A stretch of 64,000 nucleotides of DNA. Origin: Carcharhinus amblyrhynchos (Eukaryota). A program made the position numbers and the translations under genes. The DNA lies in the NCBI GenBank assembly GCA_965287045.1, contig OZ336872.1, forward strand, positions 8,184,001 through 8,248,000. Direction: 5' to 3'. How positions within the stretch are numbered: position 1 is the first letter of the stretch; every line of letters starts with the position of its first letter. Shown here in pieces: positions 53,601 through 64,000 of this stretch. The notes beneath the pieces were generated by a model. The model saw only the letters and a list, made by a program, of their open reading frames with translations. It ran no database searches and was not told where the DNA came from.

Positions 53601-56600
53601 GTGAATATTCTCCAAAACTCCATGTATAGAGCTGTGGTTTACCTTAATGAGTTCTGCAAACCTTTCAGTGCTCTGAATAAGTTGCCATAGATCAGTTTTG
53701 TACATCCGTAGACCCAGTTGTGGTGTTAGCAGAAGGTTGAGGGGAGACCTGAGACAATAAAAGGGTTTCATAGGGGAGACATGGAGAAGATGTATCGCCT
53801 TGCAGGGGAGAGTGGAACTAGGGACCATAGGTACTAGATAGTCACCAATAAATCACATAAGAAATTCAGGTTAAATTTCTTTACTCGAAGTGTGGTTAGA
53901 ATGTGGACCTCACCAACACAAGGAGATGGATAACACTTGCATTTAAGGGGGTTCTGGATGAGCACAAGGAAGAAAGGAACAGCAGGATGTACTAACATTG
54001 TTAGAGGAAGAGGAGTGGTAGGAGGCTCCTGCTAATCATAAAATTCGGCAGGGCTGAATGTTTGTTGCTGTGCTATTAACCTTAGGCAATATCTGCATTC
54101 TGCTTTAAGAGAAGTAAGTTAGTTGCCAAAGGTAGTTGCAGAGGCACGTACGATGTTGTCTTTTAAAAAGCATTCAGATAGTTACCTGGGTAAGATGGAT
54201 ATAGAGGGATATGGGCCAAATGTGGGCAATTAGGACTAGCTTCAGGGTTTTAAAAGATGGGCGGCATGGACAAGTTGGGCTAAAGGGCCTGTTTCCATGC
54301 TGTAAGTCTCTGTGGCTCTATGAAACAGGAATGAAGCATTGTTCCTCTTAGCATAACAGATGGTGCAATACTAGGAATATGTTGGGCAGAGTTAAAAATA
54401 AGTTGTATTGATGTAGTTGTGTGTTGCATCACATCTCAAATCTTTGTGTATAGTGAATTGCAATTATTGTAGGTATACTGCTGTTTTGCACAGTTCAGCT
54501 TCTCACACACATGAATAAAACTGGTCTTTTGTTTTAGTGCTGACAGCTGATAGAGGAGGTGTTGAGAATCTCGTCTATGTTAAATGCAAAGGTATCCCAA
54601 AACCCACAAGGATACCTTGGAACACTGATTCTTAGTGGTGATATAATGAGGAAAGATATGCAAATCAGTGAGGACAAGTCAAGTCTTGTAATCAATCATA
54701 CAAAGAACAACCCAGCACGGGAAACAGGCCCTTCGGCCCAATGAGCCTGCGCCGGTCATTAGAACAAAGAACAAAGAAAATTACAGCACAGAAACAGGCC
54801 CTTTGGCCCTCCAAGCCTGCACTGACCATGCTGCCCAACTTAACTAAAACCCCCTACCCTTCTGGGGACCACATCCCTCTATTTGCATCCTATCCATGTA
54901 TTTGTCAAGATGTCCCATAAAAGTCACTATCATATCTGCTTCCACTACCTCCCTCGGCAGCGAGTTCCAGACACCCACCACCTTCTGTGTCAAAAACTTG
55001 CCTCATACATCTCCTTTAAACCTTGCCACTGCACCTTAAACTTATGCCCTCCTCAGAATTAACTCTTCCATCCTGGGAAAAAGCTTCTGACTATCCACTC
55101 TGTCCACGCCCCTTATAATCTTGTAGACTTCTATCAGGTCGGTCCTCAATCTCTGCCATTCCAGTGAGAACAAATCAAATTTCTCCAACCTCTCCTCATA
55201 ATTAATGCTCTCCATACCAGGCAACATCCTGGTAAATCTTTTCTGTGCCCTCTCCAAAGCTTTTACATCCTTCTAGCAGTGTGGCGAGCAAAACTGAACA
55301 CTATATTCCAAGTGCGGTCTAACTAATGCTGTATAAAGTTGCAACATGACTTGGTCATAGAATATTTATTACTTTAAAAGAAAAAGACAATAGTACTTGT
55401 AACTACAATAATGACTACACACTCTATTTCATGAAGTTAATTCTATTCCTGTCTATCTGTTGTCTGAAGTCTGAGAAATGTCCCTTGTCTCATTCAGAAT
55501 CCTACACAATGGGGTGGGATTTTGCACAACCTGCCATGTATTTCATCGAGGTGGCTGCCGTTGGCTGGTGGCAGGATCCTCTCATCCTGCCATTGTCAAC
55601 AGGGCTTCCCATTGAGTGCACCCCATGCTCCTGTGCAACCCACTCCCTCATACTGTCGCCAGTTAACCCTACAGTGAATTTTATTTTGCCTTTTTGATAG
55701 TATTCTATCTCAGTAACCCGCTTGGGCTAGACTTCTGGCATATAGGTGTAAACTGTATTCTCCTCTGTCCATGTCTATAGTTCTAACAGCATTTGTATCT
55801 GGCTGCTAAGCTAATTCACATGTCAAAAACCCCATTCACGCAGGTGGACTCATATCAATCTTTATTTTATCCAAATCATATTTTTAATCTTTTATTTTAT
55901 CCAATTCTTAAATCTTCATTTTCTTTCAAGACCTTTACATTTGGGCAGAGGCATCAAATATATATCCTTTTTGACTAATGCAAAAGGACCTTTACCTTTC
56001 CAGGCCAAACACATTGGGACCTTGACTCACCATTACATTTGAGGGACACTTCCGACCAGTGTAGCAGATTATTCGTATTGCGCTGTGGTCTCAGCATGAC
56101 TCATACCTTTGGTATCTGGAATGGGACTTGAACTGTAGCCTCTGAAGAAGGCAATGCTGAAATTGCCACCATTTTATTGGCAGCAGTTGTCTAAATTTAC
56201 CTGGAAGCAATACTGTTACTTGAACCCTAAAAACATTTCTTGTCTTGCAGCTTCAAGTGTCGCCAGATGTACCACGCTCCTACTGACTGTACCACTATTA
56301 AAAAATGGCTCACCAAATGTGCTGATGACTCTGAGACGGCAAATTACATCAGCGCGCATACGAAAGATGTAAGGAGGTACCAATATAGTGCACCCATGTA
56401 TTAACTGTAATACTGTTCCAATGATCCAAAGATATTTATTTTCTTAATTCTTGGCAGTTGGCATCACTGGCAAGGCTGGTAATTATTCTTGGTTGCCCTA
56501 TGAAGGGTAAAGGATGGTTTTTATTTTCAGCTTTTTAAAACTGAGTTCAAATCTTCTGGATTAAGAGGTCAGACATCAGGTTTGCTGGCCCAGGATCATA

Positions 56601-59600
56601 ATCATGACACTACTGTAACAAGTTATGAAATTGATTTCAGTTACGCTGGTCAACAAAAGAAGCAATTGTGGTGAGAGAGTAGAACCAACATAGAACCCAA
56701 CAGTGCAGAAGGAGACCATTCAGCCTATCTAGTCTGCACCTACTACAATCCTACCCAAGCCCCTATCCCCATAATCCCATGCATTTACCCAAGCTAGTCC
56801 CCCTGACACAAAGGGGCAAATTAATATGGCCAATCCACTTACCCGCACGTCTTTGGACTGTGGGAGCACGTGGAGGAAACCCGTGCAGACTCTGCACAGA
56901 CAGTGACCCAAGCCAGCAATCGAACCCGGGTCCCTGGCCCTGTGAGGCAGCAGTGCCAACCATTGTGCCGCCGTGCCACCCCTCAACATTGAGTCATAAG
57001 GGTCATCTGACTCAAAATGTTCTCCATCCACTGACACTGAGATTTTCCAACATTTGCTGTTCTGTTTGATTCCGATGAATAAAAATTTCTTTTATTAAAG
57101 AAGCAATTGGTTTGTTTTTATAAAGCTGATCTTTTTCACTGATATTCAGTGGCGAAAGGAAACTGTTGGTCTGCTCCATGTGCTGGTGTTTTAATGCCCT
57201 CTAAAGCAGTCATGAAAGTTGTGACTCGGTTGTGAAACAGTCACTATGCCAGAAGGCCATTGCCACTTTCTCGATAATAAATAAAGCCTAGATCATGTAT
57301 CCCATGTTCAGAGAACAAATGGGAGCTAGGCCATGAATTATTTCTCTACAGGGATGGAGTATTATAACAACCAATGAGCAACAACATTGGATGATTTTTT
57401 TCTTATTTTCATTACTGGCCAACATCTGCTCAGAGTTCCAGGAAAACGTGAATCACTTGGTGGGGGGAGAAACTTCATTAGACAATAGAATTTATTTTTA
57501 AATGAGGCGATATGCAGTAGTTTTATTAACACTTGCCTCTGCTGCGTTATTCACTTGGTCTTATTCCCAGACAGAAGGTGCTAAGTCATCACATTCTGTC
57601 CAGGTGCTTTTTAGGATGCCATGATAGGTAATCATGTGAATGGCATCTCGCTCCATCAGGAAAGTTGCTGCTAATGGCAGTTTTAATATTACATGACCTC
57701 AATTGGCGCAACTTAATCAAGTTTGCAGTTAGTTGCAATCTGTTACCACAATTACAAATGCATTTAATAAGAACCTTAATATATATTTTTTTGAAACTGA
57801 GTCAAACCTTAATTTTAAACTTAAAAAGCTTCCTTGTTTGGTGGAGGGTGGGAGTGTGGTGGTGTGGGTTTGTTTCTCCTCTGTTTAGTACTGCTACTAT
57901 CAAGGCAAGTACCTCTTTTGGTACCTTGTACTGGAAAAAAATGGGGAAATCTCTGCACAGGTTTTTGTTGAGGTTTATCACCTCACCACCACCACCCCCC
58001 CTCCCTCCCCGTCATTGATACAACCCTTCTTGGTAATTCAAGCTGCTAATATACTCTGGCCCTAGTTCTAGTTTTCAGTGGAAAGTTATTTTCTTGTGTA
58101 AGTTGAGCAGTTCTGTCTGAACTTGCCTGTGGTGCATTATTGAACCAAAATGTGTCACAGCCAGTGGAGTACTTTGGAAGTACTGCTGTCATATGGGAGA
58201 TGTATATGCATGGTAAGATTTTCTTCTCCCAGTTTCCACCAAAATGTTTTAAAATTTCTATTTGCCTTGCTGATGTCAAGTTTTGCACAGCAACATACCA
58301 AGCTTGTGTTGTGAAAGTGGGCTAGGGTCATTTTTAAAAAAGAACATACACTTTTCATAACCTCATGACAACTCGAAGCACTTTGCAGCCAATGAGATAT
58401 TTTTTGAAATATAGTTATTGGAGGAAACACGACAACCAATTTATGCACAGCAAGCTTCCACAATTGCCTAAAGACCAGATGATCTGTTTTAGTTATGTTG
58501 GTTGAGGCACAAGTATTTGCCAGGGCACTAGGGTGAGTTCCTCTTCAAAATGATGTCTGTCCTAAAAGATGCACCGCAGGAAGAAAATTTAGGAGATGAG
58601 AAGAAATTGTCAGAAAAATATTTGTATCTCTTTTCCCCTGTAATCCATTGCATATTATTTCCATTGGAAACCCATTACAATAATAGCTTTTTGGTTCATG
58701 TCAAGCTGCACTAAATTTAACCATACATATACCCACAACAGATTAGCTCCTGATGCAATGCAGCAAATGTTCAGGATCTATCGGAAATAAGCTGTTGGTC
58801 AGTGGTGACTAGTGTTTTAATGTTAGTTAGATCTCTTCCACCTTTTGGATGAGCAGACTCACCCCAAGTTTAAATAAGAATCAACAACTTGAAAACCAGA
58901 CTGTAAGAATGACACTGTTTATCACAGTTATGAGTGCTGCCAATGGTAAAATTCTCCAGTGCAATAGCCTATTTTCTAGAGACAAAATTATTATTCTAAT
59001 TGCTTATTTGTTTTAATCTTGCAGTGTCCTAAGTGCAATATTTGCATTGAGAAAAATGGAGGGTGCAATCACATGGTGAGACAATTATGCACAATTCATT
59101 CATTTTCATAGATCTTCCAATGTGCTGAGGGTTCTGTTTTATCACTGATCAATTCTTTCTGATTATGTTTCAGCAATGCTCAAAATGCAAGCATGGTAAG
59201 TAGAGAAAAATGAAAATTATATTGAATGTTAAATTTTACGTGCACTGCCCCAAGAGTGCATACCTAGAAATGATAATGGTCCTGATCAGTGATTTTTCTT
59301 GGATGATAAACTGAGGTGTTTTGGAATTCCTCAGTGTGCCTTAGGAGCTCAGAAACAGGAACCTTGCTCCTTAATATCTATGACCTTTTTTTCATGAGAA
59401 AAGTATATGTTTTTGCGAATGGATGTCCCAGTGCAATTACTGAAATTGCCATTTTTCGAATGAGAATTTAATCTGGTAAATGCAGCTTATGGTATTATTT
59501 GAAGGGGAGGTAGATTCCGACATTGTGATCAATGTTCATTCCTGAACATTTACCAAGGGGCGGCACGGTAGCACAGTGGTTAGCACTGCTGCTTCACAGC

Positions 59601-62178
59601 TCCAGGGTCCTGGGTTCGATTCCTGGCTCGCGTCACTGTCTGTGTGGAGTTTGCACGTTCTCCCTGTGTCTGCGTGAGTTTCCTCTGGGTGCTCTGGTTT
59701 CCTCCCACAGTCCAAAGATGTGCGGGTTAGGTTGATTCGCTATGCTAAAAAAAAATTGCCCCTTAGTGTCCAGGGATGTGTAGGTTAGAGGGATTAGTGG
59801 ATATAATATGTAAGGATATGGGGGTAGGGCCTGGGTGGGATTGTTCAGTACAGACTTGATGGGCCAAAGGGCCTCTTTCTGCACTGTAGGGTTCTATCAT
59901 CTATGATTTTCTAAGGGGCATGACTGATGGAGTCGGATTTCACTGCATTTGCTATTGATGCAATGTGTGTCTCATATATTCCTTTGATTTTAATTTGTGT
60001 TCCAACATTTTGTACATTTAAAAAAGAGTATTTTGACAAATTTAGACTGATTTAATTCAGTTGCATGTAGCTTAATTACAGGATCCCAAATTAACTCTCT
60101 TAAACTGTCTAGCTCAACAGAGATATAACCATCACACGGACTCAAGTACTGAATTAACAAACAATATCAAAGTTTATTGAATAAAGGATAAAATAAAGCA
60201 ACAATATCCTCATAAGTAAAGGAGCAAATGAACAGAAGGTTCTTGAAGTCTTCAAAACTTCAAATGGATGGCCGGTCCGGAAGATGTGGAAAATGACCTC
60301 CGTTCTTCTTGCTGTCAGCAGCAATTCTGCCTGTGTCTTGGGTGGAAACTGCACTATCCGAGGCCCAAGCCAAGAGGGATTATGCCCCTGTCCCTGGCCT
60401 CATTGTTACACTACTCATTCTACTGCCAACAAGAGTTCCATCTCTGTCCTTGAGAAAACACGACAGAGCTGATTGCCCTTCACTTGCTGTATGCAAAAAT
60501 GATGGTTGCTGAAATGCACTTTTATACCAAAATCTGGCATCACCCCACCTTGATCCAAAATTGTTTCTAACGGCCGGTTGTTAATAATGTAAGGGTTAAC
60601 TTCATTGAATTTGCCCATGTTGCCTTGTTTGGTAGCAGGCGTTCAAGTCACAGAATGGCTTTGATTAGATGAGGTTTTATTACAAAATAGTGGCTTGATT
60701 TTGTTAGCAGATTTGTAGAATGCAAGTGTTTGTAAAAGCCTGTAAAATGGGAAAGTTAAGCAGGCAGCCGAAATCCGACTAAGATAAAATCTAATATCTC
60801 GGCCAGCTTACACACTCGCGCTAATGGATCATTTTGGATATATGGTGGAAAAATATAATGTGTGGATTTTTGAAAGTTTTAAGAGTTAATCGTTAGAAGG
60901 AAAAAAAGCACAGGTCAAGGGATGGACTAAAAGCTGGTACTATAAAATGCACCATCATTTATATTGTGCTGTTCTGAAGTTGGTTCTTGGGTTTACCGAA
61001 TCAGGTTGCATTATGGAGTACTTTACATGCAAGAAATGGTCTCAAAGTGACTTTGTTTGTGGATTAAAAGCGTATGATACTGAATATGTTGATTGTGGAG
61101 TCCTGAACCTCCAATGGAATGGATGTTAATGGGATAGGGTGGGCAGAGAGGGCTTCTGTCAGATAGTTGGTGCAGACTTGATGGGCCAATTGGCCTCTTG
61201 TAGACTGTAGGAATTGTATGGTGATTACTTAGCGCTACAGAAGTGCTGGGGATTATAGTCGTGTTCGCACTTCCTCCTTGGCTAATGTTAATGGATTGGA
61301 TTTGGGAGTTAATTTTCCTGACAGGAGAGAAAATTTGGGGCTAGCCACTTGATTATGTATTATGGAAGTTTGCCAAGCTCTCCATTTTAAATTCTTTTCA
61401 GATTTCTGCTGGATGTGCCTGGGGGATTGGAAAACCCATGGCAGCGAGTACTATGAGTGCAGTCGGTACAAGGAGAATCCTGACATTGTGAACCAGAGCC
61501 AGCAGGCACAGGCCAGGGAAGCTTTGAAGAAATACTTATTCTACTTTGAAAGGGTAAGAGATGCATTGTCTGAATGAATGTTAGAATCTGTAACTCCCCC
61601 CCCCCCCCCCCCCCCCCGCCGCTATCCTGACAACGCTGGTTAAATTCCCAGGGGGCCAGCAGCTGTTTTTGGCCATTGATCGCGTGTAGTCTGAGGTTGA
61701 GTGTTGGCTGTTTAACTTGGAGAGCCTTGCGACCACACCTGACCCATTTATTTTTGTGCTTACCCTCGCCTACTCACTTCTGCTTTCTTTGTCAGTATAA
61801 AGTGTGTGCCCATTATTTAAGAGGCAGTGGTTTGAATCTCAATCCTGCAGAAGAGGAGGTATTGAGCACTGAATTTTCCCATTTTTGTCAATGTTGCTCT
61901 GGAAGGAAGGAATTGTAACCCAGTGATGATCTGGGCTCCTTTTGTTTTAGTGTGAATTTTTCTCTTAGCTGGGGAAGTTGGGGTTTTAAGAGGCGTAAAT
62001 GAATTTTACCTTGCTTTATTCTTTCTCTTTGTAGTGGGAAAACCACAATAAGAGTCTGCAGCTAGAAGCACAGACATACCAGAGGATTCAAGAGAAAATC
62101 CAGGAACGAGTTATGAACAATCTGGGAACGTGGATTGATTGGCAGTATTTACAGAATGCCGCCAAGCTCCTTGCCAAG
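26399..62178 (+). CDS. ARIH2: ARIH2 (TRIAD1, ariadne-2) RBR E3 ubiquitin ligase; spliced CDS, 3' incomplete (11 coding exons, 1233 nt = 411 codons in window)
   Basis: Joining 26399-26632, 40655-40722, 43448-43511, 43633-43780, 48050-48171, 53083-53192, 56251-56368, 59025-59075, 59174-59195, 61402-61553 and 62035-62178 gives one uninterrupted ORF: acidic N-terminus, UBA-like, RING1, IBR, RING2 (GGCNHM) and the start of the Ariadne domain. It matches vertebrate ARIH2 as I recall it. All introns are GT-AG. Confidence 0.98.
28430..28752 (-). mobile_element. CR1 3' fragment
   Basis: TRGHRF...[13 protein letters not shown]; same family as 46663. Confidence 0.85.
30070..30350 (+). mobile_element. 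V-SINE, alternative tail
   Basis: Head, V-domain and tail present. Confidence 0.87.
30395..30800 (-). mobile_element. Rex1-type LINE 3' fragment, inserted in Penelope-like remnants (~29820-31090)
   Basis: Reverse complement of the 33730-34890 3' region and tail. Confidence 0.7.
31985..32600 (+). mobile_element. Rex1/L2-clade LINE RT fragment
   Basis: [34 protein letters not shown]; [16 protein letters not shown]. Confidence 0.8.
33730..34890 (+). mobile_element. Rex1/L2-clade LINE fragment with its 3' tail
   Basis: [34 protein letters not shown]; tail gacaataaaaaatcaaatcaaa. Confidence 0.85.
35550..37265 (+). mobile_element. Old, internally deleted CR1-type LINE
   Basis: Endonuclease remnant (DNIDRSDH) and RT remnant ([18 protein letters not shown]...WTDKWKIAF). 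Confidence 0.75.
38135..38435 (+). mobile_element. V-SINE, alternative tail, nested in a CR1-related element (37825-38485)
   Basis: Head, V-domain and tail present. Confidence 0.85.
40655..40722 (+). CDS. ARIH2: ARIH2 coding exon 2 ([23 protein letters not shown]), UBA-like
   Basis: ttgttttcag| ... CG|gtaagg; 68 nt; not in the ORF track. Confidence 0.95.
42176..42202. repeat. (CA)n microsatellite
   Basis: Seen directly. Confidence 0.9.
42635..42975 (+). mobile_element. HE1-type V-SINE (young)
   Basis: Near full length. Confidence 0.9.
43448..43511 (+). CDS. ARIH2: ARIH2 coding exon 3 ([21 protein letters not shown])
   Basis: ctttctttcag| ... AAT|gtaagt; 64 nt. Confidence 0.95.
43633..43780 (+). 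CDS. ARIH2: ARIH2 coding exon 4, RING1 ([14 protein letters not shown]...[13 protein letters not shown]...DGIGV)
   Basis: tttgtttcccag| ... GTGG|gtgagt; 148 nt; RING Cys/His ligands present. Confidence 0.96.
46663..47880 (-). mobile_element. CR1 (HER1-like) LINE fragment
   Basis: [12 protein letters not shown]...[11 protein letters not shown]; the 3' end is shared with 28430-28750 and 54110-54322. Confidence 0.9.
48050..48171 (+). CDS. ARIH2: ARIH2 coding exon 5 (GISCMAQDC...YLFRDYIE)
   Basis: ccttgctag| ... GAG|gtgggt; 122 nt. Confidence 0.95.
48290..48485 (-). mobile_element. HE1-type V-SINE 3' half
   Basis: catagaatccctacagt... tail. Confidence 0.85.
51118..51505 (+). mobile_element. 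HE1-type V-SINE with an internal 48-bp tandem duplication
   Basis: Full head and V-domain; 51333-51427 is duplicated. Confidence 0.9.
53083..53192 (+). CDS. ARIH2: ARIH2 coding exon 6, IBR ([13 protein letters not shown]...CSRCNEVFC)
   Basis: ttcttaaaatag| ... TG|gtatgt; 110 nt. Confidence 0.96.
54110..54322 (+). mobile_element. CR1 3' fragment
   Basis: Reverse complement of the 46663/28430 3' end. Confidence 0.8.
54760..55350 (-). mobile_element. CR1 3' fragment
   Basis: [25 protein letters not shown]; (TTCTTTG)n tail. Confidence 0.88.
56251..56368 (+). CDS. ARIH2: ARIH2 coding exon 7 ([13 protein letters not shown]...ISAHTKD)
   Basis: ttcttgtcttgcag| ... GAT|gtaagg; 118 nt. Confidence 0.96.
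56687..56980 (-). mobile_element. HE1-type V-SINE
   Basis: Reverse-complement copy. Confidence 0.88.
59025..59075 (+). CDS. ARIH2: ARIH2 coding exon 8, RING2 with the catalytic Cys ([17 protein letters not shown])
   Basis: ttttaatcttgcag| ... ATG|gtgaga; 51 nt; GGCNHM RBR active-site motif intact. Confidence 0.96.
59174..59195 (+). CDS. ARIH2: ARIH2 coding exon 9, 22-nt microexon (QCSKCKH)
   Basis: tatgtttcag| ... CATG|gtaagt; needed to keep the frame between exons 8 and 10. Confidence 0.94.
59557..59910 (+). mobile_element. HE1-type V-SINE (young)
   Basis: Near full length. Confidence 0.9.
60066..60812 (-). mobile_element. Candidate solo LTR
   Basis: Termini TGTAGCT...AGCTTACA; minus-strand TATAAAAG (~60520) lies upstream of AATAAA (~60173-60178). 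Confidence 0.5.
61402..61553 (+). CDS. ARIH2: ARIH2 coding exon 10 ([20 protein letters not shown]...YLFYFER)
   Basis: attcttttcag| ... AGG|gtaaga; 152 nt. Confidence 0.97.
61596..61617. repeat. poly(C)22 tract
   Basis: Seen directly; 42 nt downstream of the exon 10 donor. Confidence 0.9.
62035..62178 (+). CDS. ARIH2: ARIH2 coding exon 11, Ariadne domain ([13 protein letters not shown]...AAKLLAK)
   Basis: ctttctctttgtag| ... AAG|gtattt; 144 nt. Confidence 0.96.
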
Positions 62179-62627
62179 GTATTTAGTGCTCAGTCATGTG
62201 CCCACAGGTTAGTAAAACTAGGACATGCAGATTAGTTATGAGATAAGCAAAGTACAAGATGCCCATGAAAGTACAAATCAATCCTGAATTTGTAGACCAT
62301 TTAGAATGGAGGTGAGGAGACATTTCTTCACCCAAACAGTGGTGAGCTTGTGGAATTCATTACCACAGGAAGTAGTTGATGCCAAAACATTGAATATATT
62401 CAAGAGGTGGCTAGATGGGAAGAATCGGATCAAAGGTAATGAGGAGAAAGCAGGATTAGGCTATTGAATTGGATGATTATGATGAATGGTGGAGCAGACT
62501 CAAAGGGCCAAATGGCTGCCTCCTGCTCCTATCTTCTATGTCTTATGAAGTCGCTGCAATGACTTCAATGCACTGTTTTTGATCTCTGCAATTTCAATCT
62601 TAAACTTTGGTGTATCCTGTTGAAATC

Positions 62628-63415
62628 TGTTAAGGACTAGGTCAGAAACTCCTTGGTAAATTATGAAATTAGCCTCGATGCCAGCTTTTTTGATTTTGGC
62701 ACTCGGGTGAGCATAAAATGTTTCACTGCAGGTCTGATTCGTTTGACGCACTAGGAAGCTTTTATTAAAACCAACTTTACTTAACAACGTAATTAAAATC
62801 TCTCAAAGAATCAGCATAACTTTTACCAGTTGAAAGTAGTTAAGCATGACAAAGTATAATTCTTAACAGCTGGCTATCTCTATTCTTCCAATGTAAGTAA
62901 TATCTTCACAGCCATACATCCATCTTCAGAATAAATTAGCATGTAAAAAACATATCAGCTCCTGTGGGTGCGAGATTTCCAGCCTTTTAACCCCTCTGGA
63001 CAGATATAGAAAGATGCATGTTTTCTGACTCCCATATAGCAGCCTCGAGAGGAAAAGACTTATTTCCTGGTGCCCAAATAAAGGGAGAGAGATAAAGAAA
63101 GCAACTTCTCTAAAGAGCAACAGAATTGATTTTGCTGTGTAAGTCTAATCCTTCCCAGTCACATCATCTTTCCTGTCAATTAATCAATCAAGCCTATTCT
63201 GAAAAACCCCAGGGGAAAACACTAAAATAATAGAATAACATTAGCCCAGATTAAAAGAAATATTTTAGCAATTGCAATTGCTTATGCTGCTGTAGTAACA
63301 ACAGGGCTGCTGGTTATAGACAAAGCGGCACAGATTGATAGAACTGATTGCTAAAACAAATTCTGCACAAGAAACATTACACAAATACATTTCTTAAAGA
63401 TACACAGATCACCCA
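62628..63415 (-). mobile_element. Candidate solo LTR related to 4424-5180
   Basis: Starts tgttaaggactaggtcagaaactcc (vs tgttatgggtcaggttagaaactcc); ends tttcttaaagatacac (vs tttcttaatgatacac). Confidence 0.55.
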
Positions 63416-64000
63416 AGCAAGTAGATATTAGAGAGGCTTTAATCCTGGTTCTCCCTATCTGTCAGTGCTACAATCCTCCAAAATGTCTGCACTCCTCCAG
63501 TTCTAGCCTTTTGCACATCTGATTTTCATTCCTGTACCATTGGTGATGGTGTATCCAGCTAACCTCTGGAATTGCCTCATTAGTCTTTCTGCCTTTTAAC
63601 TGTTCCCACCTCTTCCAGGGTTCTCCTTTAAAACCTACATCTTAAGCTTTGGTTACTTTTTCTAATATCCCGTTATGCAGCTCCTTCTGTTTGATGCATC
63701 TTGGGAATATTTAATACTCAGGAGGTGCTACATAAATGAAAGTGGTTTTTACTCCCTTTATTTCATTGTCTAGTGGGTAAATGCACTGCTCAGTCTGTAA
63801 TCGAGCAGGGTTATCCCAGATTTGATTCCTAACATATATGGAATTGACTTTGGCCAAGGATCCTGTTGGTTAGCTTGTGACCACTACTGGAAGTTCCTGT
63901 GTGCAGGCAGCTGGTGACCACAGAATTAACAGCGAATAACTGCACAGTTAGATTGTAAGAAGTCTCACAACACCAGGTTAAAGTCCTTCAACCTGATGAT

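Noticed and set aside
62179-64000. Remaining ARIH2 exons (CRYTLQYTYPYAYY... onward)
   Set aside because: Not found in the window; they are presumed downstream, so this is not evidence of truncation.

Overview
Eukaryotic genomic DNA, most likely a shark or other elasmobranch, judging from the HE1/V-SINE, DeuSINE and CR1 repeats. The window holds the 5' portion of the + strand gene ARIH2 (TRIAD1, an RBR E3 ubiquitin ligase). It has a CpG-island promoter at ~12.4-12.7 kb, a probable non-coding exon at 18857-18925, and 11 coding exons (26399-62178, 411 codons, all GT-AG and phase-compatible). The last exons lie beyond the window. Most remaining sequence is transposon-derived: two near-identical young CR1 copies in inverted orientation, older CR1/Rex1/RTE/Penelope fragments, ~20 SINEs and solo-LTR candidates. 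The most interesting unexplained structures are: (i) a repeat-free, hairpin-rich intronic block (57148-57648) just upstream of the catalytic RING2 exon, containing a candidate 57-nt poison exon with both splice sites in stem-loops; (ii) a 30-bp TGCATGCA minisatellite with higher-order structure abutting the promoter; (iii) a splice-spanning uORF. Repeat boundaries are approximate and were read by eye. No database search or folding program was run.
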